Origin: Blasia pusilla
Taxonomy: Eukaryota
NCBI GenBank assembly: GCA_050084515.1
Contig: CM114271.1
Coordinates: 31,558,001-31,622,000, forward strand
DNA: 64,000 bases
Direction of reading: 5' to 3'
The notes beneath the pieces are model-generated. The model saw only the letters and a program-made list of their open reading frames with translations. It searched no databases and was not told the DNA's origin. Every line of letters starts with the position of its first letter. The first letter of the stretch is position 1. The position numbers and the translations under genes are program-made. Positions 51,700 through 64,000 of this stretch are shown one piece after another.

Positions 51700-54690
51700 A
51701 GATCTTGCCATTTTCCTCCATATACTTATACATCCATTAAACTCGTTACATTTCTTGCAAATTCTCCTCTTCTCCCCTCTTTGTCTCGTCCTATTGAGCC
51801 TAATCTTGATCCATTATTATCGAATCCTAGTACTTTTTCATCCTCACATATCTCATATGTGCCCTTACTTCCAACTCCCTTCTATTCTACCCTTATCTCC
51901 CCTCTACCTCCTCCTCCTTCCCCAACTTATTTACCCCCTCATCATCATCCATCACCACCTCATGCACCTCCCACCTCCTTTACTTGTAACCCTTCTACTT
52001 CTCCATTTGTCCCAAAGGTTTGTTGCATACCTTGTGGTAAGGAGTTTGCTCCTGATGGGATCAAAAGACATAAAAAATATTGTCGATCCATGCATGGGCC
52101 TTCAATCTTTAACCCAAAACGCTCTTCATCCTCCTTCAAGTGGTGATGCATAATCTTTTGTGGAAGACTATATATACAACAGATCTTGACTTGGAGATTT
52201 TCACAAAGGATTTTCTTCATACTCCTCCTATATGAACAAGCAGGCTATAAGAGATGGTTTTTTAGCATCTCCGCGATTGCTTTATCCCAGCAGATTCAGA
52301 AAGTGGCTTTGTCTCTCTATATAAGATGTGTGCACATATTGCGGCAGGTCGTCTCCCATTCTCTATCTCTAGGCTCTTAGGGGCTTGTTGTTTATTGGCT
52401 ATGGATAAGCCTGCTTCAGGTGTCCGCCCTTTGGCTATTGGAGAGGTTTTATACCGCTTGGTTAGTCGATCCTTGTGCTTGCAATTTCGTCCTCACTTTA
52501 GTGCCCACTTATTTCCTGATCAATTTGAAGTGGCAACCCCTCGTGGTTGTGAGGTTGTGGTGCATGGGATTCGCTCCACTTTTGATACTCATCCAGAGTG
52601 GGTGGCAATTCAAGTAGATGTGGCTAACGCATTCAATTCACTTTCTCGTGCGGCCATCTTTGAGGAGTTACGTTGTGCAAGAGGAGAACTTGCGAGTCTC
52701 ATTCCATTTTTCTGCTCCTTCTATCTCTATGATACGCCCATTATCTATTCTCATCATGCTACTTTCGGGGAATATAGTATTCTCCAATCAGCTTGTGGCA
52801 TGCGTCAAGGTGATCCCATGGGGGGCCCACTCTTTGCCATTGCCCATTTTTGTGCCCTTTGAGCATCAGCCCAAGCATTTACATCTTGTCTTGTCCCTCC
52901 TATTGCTAATGACATTCACATTATAGGTACTCCTTCTGAAATGGTTCTTGATTATATCCATTTTGTGGAGCAACTCTCTTTCTTAAACCTTAAAGTCCGA
53001 CCTAGTAAATGTCGGGTATGGTCTCTTTCATGGCTTCCCTCAATATTCACTTCACCTGCTCCTGATTTTCCTATCTACATTGAAAGGGTTAGTGTTCTTG
53101 GGGTCCCAGTTAGCTTCATCGACTATGTCTCGAAGTTCTTGGATGAGGCCATTTTGAAATAGGTGGAATGGATTTATTTGTTACCTCATTTAGGGGATCC
53201 CCAAGTGGCTTATGGGATTCTATCCCAATGTTTTCTTTGCACTTGTCATCCCACTTCAAGGTTCTTACATCTGTTGGTATCTTTTGACGCTTCTATGTTG
53301 GCATCTTTTGGTCAGCTTCTTGGACATAATACTTTTGAGGGAGAGGATGGTGTCTTGGCTTCACGACAAGCTATCTTGCCTATTTCTTTTGGAGGGGTGG
53401 GGCTTTCCTCCGTAGTCGCATCTGCTCCAACCGATTTTTTTGGGAGTTGGGCGTTGGTGGCACTGATTATGGCTTCAAGGTTTCTCCAAGGAGATACACA
53501 CATCTTCATGGATCATGTCGCCCATACAGAGGAGGGAGACTTATTATTTCAACAACAACTAAGATCTTCCTGAGCTCTTCTTCCTCTTGCTACACAAGAA
53601 ATTCTACCCTCTTTCACTCAATTGATTTATGGAAGGGCTTGATTGACTTCAAGCACATATCTCCTGGAATTTGCCAAAATCAACTTTTCCAACATTCTCT
53701 TTGAGGCATCCTCTAATGCTCATTAAGCTTGTATGCGTTCATGTGCGCATACAGGAACGAGGGCATGGCTTATTGCAAATCCTCTTATTCTTTCATAATT
53801 TTTGTCTTCTTGAAGTATATTCTTGACAGCTTTGCGGTTACACCTTGGACTTCCCCGTATTTCTCTCTTAGGGGTGCCAAATTGTGTATGCGAAGATCCC
53901 ATTGATACAAAGGGTATCCATATTCTCCGATGTACACATGGTGGAGAATGAACGGTCACACGTGATGTCATTAGAGGCGATATCATTGGTGGCTCATACT
54001 ACATGGTACATCGTTAGGCAAGAACAACTCCATGTCCTACCTTCAACCATACAAGCAACCTCTCGTCGGAGAGTTGATCTTGTTATATCTCGAGGTGCAT
54101 TCCGGACACTAGGTAATATGGTGGTTGTTGATCCAACACTTTCAGACTTGGTGTGTATATGTGAGCCGCACGTACTAAAGGTTCGGCAGCCGAAGCAACA
54201 ACAAGAATCAAGGAGTTAAGTTTTATTGTGAGACATGCGACTGATGGACTTGATCCTTTTGAAATGGAAGTTTCCGGTCATTTACATGTGTCTTTTGATA
54301 CTTTCCTGAAAGCATGTGCTCACCACTCCCTCGAGAATCATCACCTTGCCCCTTCTCGTAGTCCTTCTCTCTCTGTAGTCACTATTTATTTTCGGCAATG
54401 CATCTCCGTGGCCTTACAACGTGTACAAGCCTTAGCATTGATACGTCGAGTGGAGGTGGTGGAGGGTCACTCGCCTTGTCGTATGTTCACGTCTGACCAC
54501 CACTAGTGTTCTTGTCACATTTGTTTCAAGTTATCAATTGTGTAGCTCGTTGAGTTGGTGTTTGTGTTGGCTAGTTTCCATTTTCTTTTTGCATTCCATT
54601 ATGCATTTTTTACTCCTCTTTTGAGATGTTATTACCTTTCTTCTTCCTCTTTGAAGTTTGTTTTGTAATACTGTGGATATTCTATTCTTA
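51700..54690 (+). mobile_element. CRE-like non-LTR retrotransposon (N-terminal Zn finger, RT, RLE endonuclease), disrupted
   Basis: CIPCGKEFAPDGIKRHKKYC; GVRPLAIGEVLYRL; QFEVATPRGCE; DVANAFNSLSR; GMRQGDPMGGPLF; IANDIH (catalytic box); LPISFGGVGL; CVCEDPIDTKGIHILRC; RRVDLV; DPFEMEVSGHL. The ends are approximate. Confidence 0.85.
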
Positions 54691-54973
54691 AACAACGACA
54701 AATATGGTAAGGGTTCCCCGCGGTTGTCGAGAAGAAATCCCGAAGTAAGTGGAGAAGTTGCATGTAGAGAATGTTCACATTGACAAAAATCCTGTATTGT
54801 CCGGCAGGTCCAATAGTGACACGTATGACTGTCTAACCACGTTGAAAATTGTATAACTTGGGATATTGGATTGACCTGGCCTACTAAGGCCACTTAATGT
54901 TGCAAAAAAAATAGTTAATGTCAATGGAAATCTAGAGTGTAATGAATTCATTGTTTGTAATTTCACGTCACAT

Positions 54974-55046
54974 TACTCTATGAACAATGGGATCTAAATC
55001 CATGTATTTTTATTACATGGATTTAAATCCTATTGTTCATAGAGTA
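54974..55046. repeat. 73-bp hairpin (33-bp arms, 2 mismatches)
   Basis: TACTCTATGAACAATGGGATCTAAATCCATGTA / TACATGGATTTAAATCCTATTGTTCATAGAGTA. Confidence 0.9.
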
Positions 55047-57549
55047 TTTTTACTAATTTTTCAGAGGGATTACATGATGCGTGAGGAGGTGCAAGTCCAC
55101 TTGCCGTGGACGCGTTGGGGAGAGAGTTTGAAACTCCCCGCTTGACACGTCGTATGAGATAAGTAGTTTTCATATTTGGGACCCACACCTTATTCTTTTT
55201 ATGCAAACATACCCAGCAGTGCACGGAGTCTTCGAAGGCCCATAAGTTCGATCTTGGAAAACTTTAATATATTTAAATAATCATACTAGTAAGACAAATA
55301 AATTTAATTTTTTTCTTCAAGAATATAAATATTAAAATATTCATGATTTTTTTTAATTTGAATGTGAGAAGTGGTAGCTCGGTGTGTTCCTTGCTCATGA
55401 TTATTGTACCCTTATGACATCCAAGGTATCCTGCTTGGTAATGAATTATTTCACCAACATCAATATTTTAAAGGGCTTCTTTTTTGTCTTCCTTATTTTT
55501 TTCATTTATTTTGGGCTCTTACCTTGCTCCATGCCGGCTTTTCTAGGCTTGTGGATATCTTCATCCAGTATGATTTCCTTGGCCAGTTCCTCTCCACCAA
55601 TTTTCCCACGTCATCCCTTAGATTCTAGAAGACCACGCAATGCATCATTCGAGGAGTTCGTTTTCTTCACTTATGATTTGTAATAATAACCCGTGGTCAG
55701 TGACTGTTTCTCTGGATCGTCTTTCCCCTCAAACATTCACTAGCAACACGCTCCGAGAAACCGAGTTGATCCCGAAGCGAAAGGTGGCTCCACTATTCAT
55801 TTCTGCACATGCATGACTCCTGAATGATCTTTCTCTTTATCCCAATTTATTTTATTAATTAAAAGTAAAAGGTGTTCATAAATAAAAGATGGTCGGAAAA
55901 ATCATATGGAAAGTGGAATCCACTCCGCCGCTCGCGAATTTAAAATTCTTATGGGAGGAATTTTTTAGTTGTGATTTTGAATTTCTTTTGGGAGAGCGTG
56001 ACTCGATAAATTGAGGAAAAGACCATTTCATAATTACCAAAATTATTCTTATATCCCATATGCAATAATCTTATTTCCAAATATGGAGATTCATAACCAT
56101 ATATTATTTTATTTCTATTAAATTTCTACTTACCCATCAACCTTATGTTATTTCAAAAAATTTAAATTAAGATTAATGGTTTTAAATTATATCTCAATTT
56201 AATCCACAAACTGCAAATCCCATAAGGAAGAATTTTTATAGAAGAATATACTTAAATATAGAGTGAATATTAGCTAGAAATCCAATTTGTGCAAATAATT
56301 TTTTAAATAAGGAGTTTGGTCATACATATGAATGGAAAAATTAGCATGACTCATAGTAGACTATATAAAATTCTATTCAATTGCAAAGATCAAAATCCAT
56401 CACTTTATTTTGAAAAAAATTACAATGATTTTTTTTATTAAACAAGCATTTTCCATCCACGACTAACATTATACTATTATAGTAGGGAGAACATCCATTT
56501 TGGATTGTAATTGTTCCTTAATTGGGCTTTGGTAGGCAACACTAAAACACAAAAATGCTTTGAGTAGATGTGTTAGGGCAATTGTTGCAATTTGGAGTTG
56601 CCTATGTTTGGGAATCAATTCCATCCCTATCGGAGCCCCATATTTGACCCTATTTTCTTACATTTTCTAATTGTAGAAAACATAAAATGCAAGAGGTTAA
56701 TGTCCTCCTTTGGGGGATCACAATAAATCCCAACATAGTACCTCCCTATTTATTTGATTGTTTTATACTATAAGTTGTCAAAACTTGAGGTCAAACAATA
56801 AGTTGAGAATCGACAACATTAATCTTTTACATTCAATAAATGTTGTCTAAACTCGAAGGTTGAAGGGAGTAGGAGGGGAAGTTCAATTCTTAAATTGATT
56901 TGAGAGCACATCTAGAGCGTGGTGGAAAGATAGTTAGGCAAGTGGAGTGGGGAGGATCAGATTGTCGGGTCGAAACTTGGGAAGGTACGTCAAAGGTGGA
57001 ATGGTTTCCAAATTTTTTGTAGAAACTATTCCGTGGATTTGAAGACATTATCCCTTCCTGTGAGTTGTGACAATACGATAATCCCAAAAAAAATTGTCAG
57101 TTCTAGCAATCTCATTCTCCAAACTTGAGTTACAATAATTACCGTGGCTCATGAGATTGCTTTGAATTGCTTTATTTTTATTTTCAATTGTCTTGACAAC
57201 TTGTAGAAGGGATATTGAGGTGAGGCAATAAACTCAAGCATAAAGCGATGAATCTCCCTTTACCATCAATATTTTAAGGATTCTCTCCTCCAACAATAGT
57301 GTCCCTTGTAATTATAAATTTAGGTCCATTTTCCATCCCTTTTCCATTGGGAAGAGTTCTTGATTTTCATCTTGGTAGTGTCAATTTTTATGCCATGAAA
57401 TTACTCGTAAGAATTCAATATTTACCAAGAGAAATCTCATAAAATGTTAAGCTCATGGAGGAAACTTTATGAGGAGAATTAGGAAGATTTATCCTACATA
57501 TTATCTTGCCAAGATTTGATGGTGTATGATCTTTTTTCCACTTTTGATG

Positions 57550-60000
57550 ATGTCGATCTAAATTACATGATAAATTAAATATGTAGAGGCTTTTTCCATG
57601 GCGAAGAAATTGAGAGCTCGAGAAACTTTTCATAATGGATGATGATGGCTTGACTAAGTCATAAGAGCCAAGAGTTATGAGAGATGTACCATCCATCCCT
57701 CATCATGTCCTTCAGGATGTTAGAGGGAGAGTTGATCATACACATAGAGTTGGATTCAAGGAGAACAAGGATGACTCTATATCAAAGGATTCTATATTTA
57801 AGGTGGATCAAATAAATGATGATGATGGCATGGACGATTTTATTCAAGACCATTTTGATATTGGTAATGGAGATGGAGATACGGTTAGATGAGGAGACAC
57901 CCATTTCATTATGTCTATCCATTCGTACCACTTTGTTATCAATATTATTATTCAAGAGTGCCTTAAATTTTCAAACACCTCTTTTTTTTACATATATCCT
58001 TCTCAACAAGTAGCATCATTCGCCCTCTTGACCAATAGGATTGCTCGAAATTTACTTAAGAGATTAAATAATTCAAATATATAGTACTGATGGTTAATTC
58101 AAAATCAACCATCATTTTTAATCCCTTCCATCCAACTAATCTCCCACTATGCTCTTGCTAAACTTGCAAGAGTAGTATTCACTCACTAAATTAATATATT
58201 CATGGATACATTGTTTTGACTCCTATATGATCAAATCCTCATAGAGAGGAATACAACACCACATTCTAGAACATTAGCTTGGCAAGTTCTCTAAAGTAGA
58301 CTTTGATGTAAGACGTGCATGTATTTGTGATTAGTATCAAATCAAGATAAGTATGCTATATTGAGATCTCATCCATCTTGCGAGAAAATGCAATAGTGGT
58401 AGAATATGAGGGGAGTGTTTTATGGAAGAATCTCCGGTGTTTTCCAGTTATTTCATATATACTTTGTATGTATCAATGTCCTTCCCTCCCTAAGTTGATG
58501 GTGTGGCATGCCATCCATTAGTCCATAGATGGATTTATGTGTCTCGTACTAGATTCACCAACATATTGGCACATAGAGAGTATATTTCTTGGCTTGGAAA
58601 GAGGATCCATGGCAGATTTGGTTTTGACTAGTAACAGATGGAATTTCACCGTACTAGATAACATATAAATCTTTCTCAAGATTTTGGATGAATAGAATAT
58701 TCAACAATTTTTTTCTAAAACTTCCTCAATATTCAATCTTGATTTTTTGTTGGACATCTCGTCATTGACATGTCACCTCTTTATAGTATGTTTTTAATTA
58801 TGAGGAAACCAAAACTCAAATCTTCCATGATTTTTCCCACAAATTCTCGAAATTTCCTCGTGAAATATTTTATTCAATTTTTTTTGCTAAATCTTTAATT
58901 TTCTTGATTTGGCTGATGATGTTTGTGAAATATAACATTGTGCCATGAATTGAAGAGTGGTCTCTTTGATATTTGGCCCTTATCATTCCAGGTGTATTAT
59001 TTACATTAGTTCAACTTCATTCCCCCATCTAGTTGTTCTCAATAATCAATGCGTTTACTCGATTCAAGGATAATATCCACCCTAGATATCAAGATTGTGG
59101 GGCTTACTTGGAGCCCATAGTTAAAGAGTAGGTATTAGTATAAGAGGAAGTTTGCACATTTGATTAGAGTTACATTTTGATGATCCTATAGACCTACCTC
59201 CATAGGGTAAGAATTGCTAGTGGTACAAAAAATCTCTTTCAAACCAATCTTTCCCCCAAAATATGATCTTCTCTCAATCTTCCACTATGAGAGGAAGTTG
59301 TTATTTATAAGAATGGATATGTAACATATTGAAGATCTTAGCATTCCCAATTTCATGAAATATCTCTTTAGAAGTAGGCTAGACATAACATACCAATCTA
59401 ATCTCATCCATCTGTTGATAGGATAGTAAGCTTCACATATCTTTTTATCCATCCAATTTCCATATCTACATATTCTTTTCATAGAGGAGAGTAATGAATT
59501 GAAGGAACATGTGAGCGACCCTTTGTTAAGTTGTTTGGTGGAGAAACTTTTGGTGATTTCAATCAAGAGTAGATATTTGTAGGTAAAGAGATGCAATGAT
59601 TTCATAAACCAATAGGGTAGGATAGTTAAAGACTTTAAGTATGTTATAATTTTTGTCTATTTCCTAATTATAGATCAATATTTTTGATTCCTCAACCTTC
59701 TACAGATGTACCTTGGGAGGAAAATAATCTTGCATCATCTTTTTAATTGGTGGGCTCACACTAGTATGGAAACGCATTGGAATCTCATGAGAAAGACATG
59801 AGATGTAGAAATAAGAAATAAGCCTAAAGGAACATTTTGAATTATCAGGGTTATGCCCTAGAAGAGCATGACCAAACATATGGTGGAACTTGAAAAGAGC
59901 TTAAGAAGTAAACTAAAACCTAGTTTGGCATCAAATTGAGCATTGCCGTCCACATTTGAGGTCATCGTGACTGTAGGAAATATATATTTGGGAACCATGG
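57550..60000 (+). pseudogene. Highly decayed CACTA transposase remnant
   Basis: MDDFIQDHFD, ETPISLCLSIRTTLLSILL and MYQCPSLPKLMVWHA..S.DG.M..DS (58467-58560) parallel the 14400-14800 region. Confidence 0.6.
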
Positions 60001-61834
60001 GGATAAATCTAAGGCCACAAGATATGATGGGTTGCCATTGGGGTCGTGACACATTTAGCCAAGTTGAGTTAATTCAACCTTGGACCTAACCTTGAACCTT
60101 AACCACGGGCTTAAATATCGAGTTCTCGTTATTGACTCATTCAAGGTCTATTGGGCACTTGGGCTTTCCAGGTGCGTTAGGTCCATTCCAAGTCCTCAAA
60201 TTACTTAATTTTGAATATAAGTAAGTAGCAATTGTGTTTATTTGGATTTTTTCCGAGGAAAACTTGTGAAATCATATCAAAAACCTCTCCCTATGCTCGA
60301 CTATCGTGACTTCATTCACACTCAACCAACCCATCACCTCCAAAAGTTCTACCCTATATACAATAAATATCCTTACAGATAAGAGAGTATTGTAAGACTC
60401 AAATTCGACAATGGGAAACTTAGATATGTACATCATCACTCTTCTATATGGTAAAAATTGACTACTCCATATGATACAACAACCTCCATGATCCAAAAAT
60501 TTCCTTGAGCAGCGAGTAAAATCATTCAAGTGCAAGTATAGACCAACTAGTTGTCATGGCCACCAAGGCATGTGTCACCACCTTCAACACTCAATTATGG
60601 AGTGTTGGTATAGATCATGGATATTGACATGGGTCAATATAATATTGGAAAGTTGGATACAGTCTATCAACTCACAAGTGATTGGAAGGTTGTTGAAATT
60701 TTATGAACAATCACGTCAAGAAAACCATGACATAAAAAGGAATAAGAAAAGTGGCTTAAAACCTACCCAAAAATGTGTTGCTGAAAAATATGTCGCTAGA
60801 AAAAAGTGCAATATGCATGAATCTCCAAAAAATTGTTTCCGTAAATGCATCAACCGCCCTCGAATCACTTTTTACTCAAGTGGCCTCTAGATAGTGTTTT
60901 TCAATAATTTTTTCCGTTTTCACATGTTTTGTGTTGCTCTTAGACCATTATTCTCCAAAATATTCACCTTTGTAGTAGAAAATAATATTTTCACTCAAAA
61001 ATATGTTAATTTTCCTACAATAAATTCAAGATAAAAATTGGAAACTCTTCCATATGTGCTCGTTTATATGGAAAAATCTAAAACTATGGAACATGTCTTC
61101 ATCATGGCTCTAAAACAATAAAATTTGAATACCCACCTACATACAACGAATTTCCCTTGCCCCACTATGATACATCTTTCTTATGTAAAGTCAAAGTTAA
61201 TGGCTCGAACAACGAACTCCACTCTTAATTGTACATATACTTATTAAGTCACATCCTTTCTTTATCACAAGGAAATCTAGACACCCTAGCTCCTACGAAA
61301 TCCTCATGAAGGAGGTTTTCCTAGGTTCAACGTAGGAATAATGGCTCTTGGTAGGTATCTCCTCATGTTAAATACCCTAAGAAAGAGCCAAGCAAGAACC
61401 CCTCCCCCCTCCACTTTCCCTAAGAAAAAGAAAAGATAGCCCTAAAATATAACTTGCACATTAGTGCGGCTAAGTGAAAATTGATCAACTCAACATATCA
61501 TCATCCAATCCTAAATATAAAAATAAGGAAGTTTTGGAAACTTAAACCCCAATGGAATGTCTTTGTGCGCATGATTGCCCTAATCCATGCAATGCATTCT
61601 TACAGTTGCAATGCACTTACAAAATTTTCCACCATTTTAGTAGTCTAAGAAGGTTTTTTTATACTTGCAAACTACCCATTTGCACTCAAAGATTTATGAC
61701 TACATTGTCACAAAATTTTTGGACTCCCAAAGTATAGTTTGTGAGTCAAAAAAGTATTTTTACATGGGGGATTAGACTCTTATAACATTCTTCTATGGGA
61801 TTCCCTTAAGATCCATATCTCATGGCTATAAGCA

Positions 61835-62040
61835 ATTGTGGATGCCCGTGCAATGCACAAGTTCATGTAAAAATATGAATGATGTTTTAATTAGCTCCTA
61901 AAGTGACTTTTAAATCAATTTTTAATGATCCTATTGGTTGAGAGGACAAGAGATCCTATTAGATGAGAGAGTTAGGTGTCAAGAAGAGAGCTGGTTGAAA
62001 ATCAAGAGGGAATTCTCCAATAAAATAAAAAATAAATAAG
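61835..62040 (-). mobile_element. Mini-Helitron, second copy
   Basis: GTGGATGCCCGTGCAATGCACAAGTT is the reverse complement of the 49313-49340 end. The GATCCTATTGGTTGAG...CTCCAATAA body matches 49120-49220. Confidence 0.65.
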
Positions 62041-62897
62041 TAAATCCACGTTGGAAGAAAAGATATCCACATATCCATCACTATGCTAACCCTAAACACT
62101 CACAAAAGGAGTGTCATCTCAAAAAAAATCTCATACTATATTCAATCACAAAGTATAAATGGAAACTGGAGTAATGAATGCTTACTTCTGAAAATGCTTA
62201 ATATGGAGCCTTGTACTCATCCTTGGTGGAAGATATATCCATTATAGTTTGTTTCTTGTTGACCTAAGATTGAAAAAACTCGCGATCTAACAAAAAAACC
62301 ATAGCTATAAATAGATCTTTTGGAATCATAATCTTATGCCTAGCGTGAGCCACAATAACTTATCATACTAAGCCTTGCTCTAGTCGACATAAACTATCTT
62401 AGATATCTTTCTACACACAAATCATTACTCTGCAACGGTCTCACAAGACTTAGTTGACTACTACTCAAGACACCAACTACTAAGAATACATACTAATCTC
62501 TTGTATATATTTTATCAATTGATGGTAAGATATCTTCAATTGAGAGTTTCATATCCACTCCATTGGCGAGACCATTTCCCTATATACAATCATCCTAAAT
62601 ACAATTATGTTGTGTCCAATATAGAAGTATTTCTATTGAGAAAGAAAGATGTATCTTGGTCATTGCCAATTCTTAAGGCCTATGAAACAATGTAAGAGAC
62701 CTGAATTTATCATCTTAAATTTATATTTCAACACCTTACTCTTTCCCTTAGTTTCTTGTCATGTTCTCCAGTAATGATGAGATCATCCATATGAAGAAAA
62801 ATCAACATGTACATGTTGTCTTTGTAAAACACATAAAAAAAATTATTTTGAAAAATTTATTGTGAGTCCATTTTCTTTTAAGGATGTATCTATTTGA

Positions 62898-63328
62898 CAA
62901 GGTTGCACAGAAACGGACAAGTCCATCTGTGGGACGGATATGCCCAACAAGTTCCCGCTCACACCTTAGCTTGCTGAGCCTGTAATATAGATCCAGGCTG
63001 GCCGAGCCCGTACCCATTTTGTAGCTTGTATGAAGCCTACGTGCGGTTCGCATGAGGGCTGGCCCCCTTTGGACGGGCTTAGGCCTACGTAGGTCCCATG
63101 GTTGAGCTTGCATAGGGCCTTGAGCTAGCATTGTGCAAGCCCAAGGCCTGCCCTGCAAGCCTACTATGGGCCGTCCGCACATCAAAAAATGGGTGTGGAC
63201 TCGGCCTGCTCGTGTCTATATTACGGGCTCGACATGCTCAAGGGCGGGCTCGTGTGGGGGCCACAATTACCTAGGCACCCACACACATGTCTGTCTTAGG
63301 GATTGATATAAGTTTGTGTGCAACCTTG
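62898..63328. mobile_element. hAT MITE
   Basis: Perfect TIRs CAAGGTTGCACA / TGTGCAACCTTG. TSD CTATTTGA / CTATTTGG (7/8). Confidence 0.88.
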
Positions 63329-64000
63329 CTATTTGGTGGTACCATACCTTTAGGGATTGCTTCAGCTTATATAATATTAATTGAAGAAATAAAAGCTTTG
63401 ACGTGGTTGTCTTGAGACTTGGTGTTTTTCATATATATATATATACATACATACACACCTTTTCCTCCAAGCTGATGCTCCAATTCAATAATAATGATTT
63501 CATACTATAATGGCTGATATCCTGCCTTCAACCACATCTAGAACAATTCAAATAATGGCCATCTTTCTTGTATAGGCAAAGATCTGATGGTAGTCAAATT
63601 CTTCAATCTTTGAATAACCACGTGCAATCAATAATATTGCTTTAAGTTTATTCCATGTACCAACTAGGGATGAGAGGTCCATACTCATTATTTTGTGAGC
63701 ATTTTTTCCCACAATCATAACTAGTTATTATTCGAGTTTGTACGAGTCATTTGTGACTCAACTTTAGTTCATGATTGTCCCGAACTTTGCGAGTCAATTT
63801 GAGTTGCAAAGTTTAGAACAAGTTGCAAGTTTCAAGATTTTCAAGTCCTACAAGTCGCAAAATATTTGCAACCACCTTGCATTCAGATTTGCAAGCGTGT
63901 CTGCCAAATTACTCATGAAGTGCAAGTAGTGGGCAATGCAATTTACAACTTCCAAGAGACATAATTGACTTGCAAAGCTCTCACGACGCAAGAATGTAGG

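Overview
Eukaryotic, almost certainly plant, repeat-dense DNA. The transposon types suggest a non-seed land plant such as a bryophyte (inference). No intact host gene is recognisable. The main feature is a decayed 10.3-kb Ty3/Gypsy retrotransposon (24333-34669, minus strand). Its polyprotein carries a DNMT3-like C5-cytosine methyltransferase between protease and RT, and a PHD finger at the integrase C-terminus. Its termini are non-canonical: the LTR is split as B-body-PPT-A-B-A, like a 2-LTR circle opened at a fixed site inside U3, and the same breakpoint appears in two other family copies at 1-1266. It has no tRNA PBS, but a Tf1-like self-priming complementarity is present. Other content: a 10.1-kb CACTA element with TIRs and a GGC TSD, two further CACTA remnants, a CRE-like RLE non-LTR retrotransposon plus a 3' fragment, Copia and hAT transposase remnants, a hAT MITE family with 8-bp TSDs, two mini-Helitrons, long (TTTA)n and (CT)n tracts and several palindromes.
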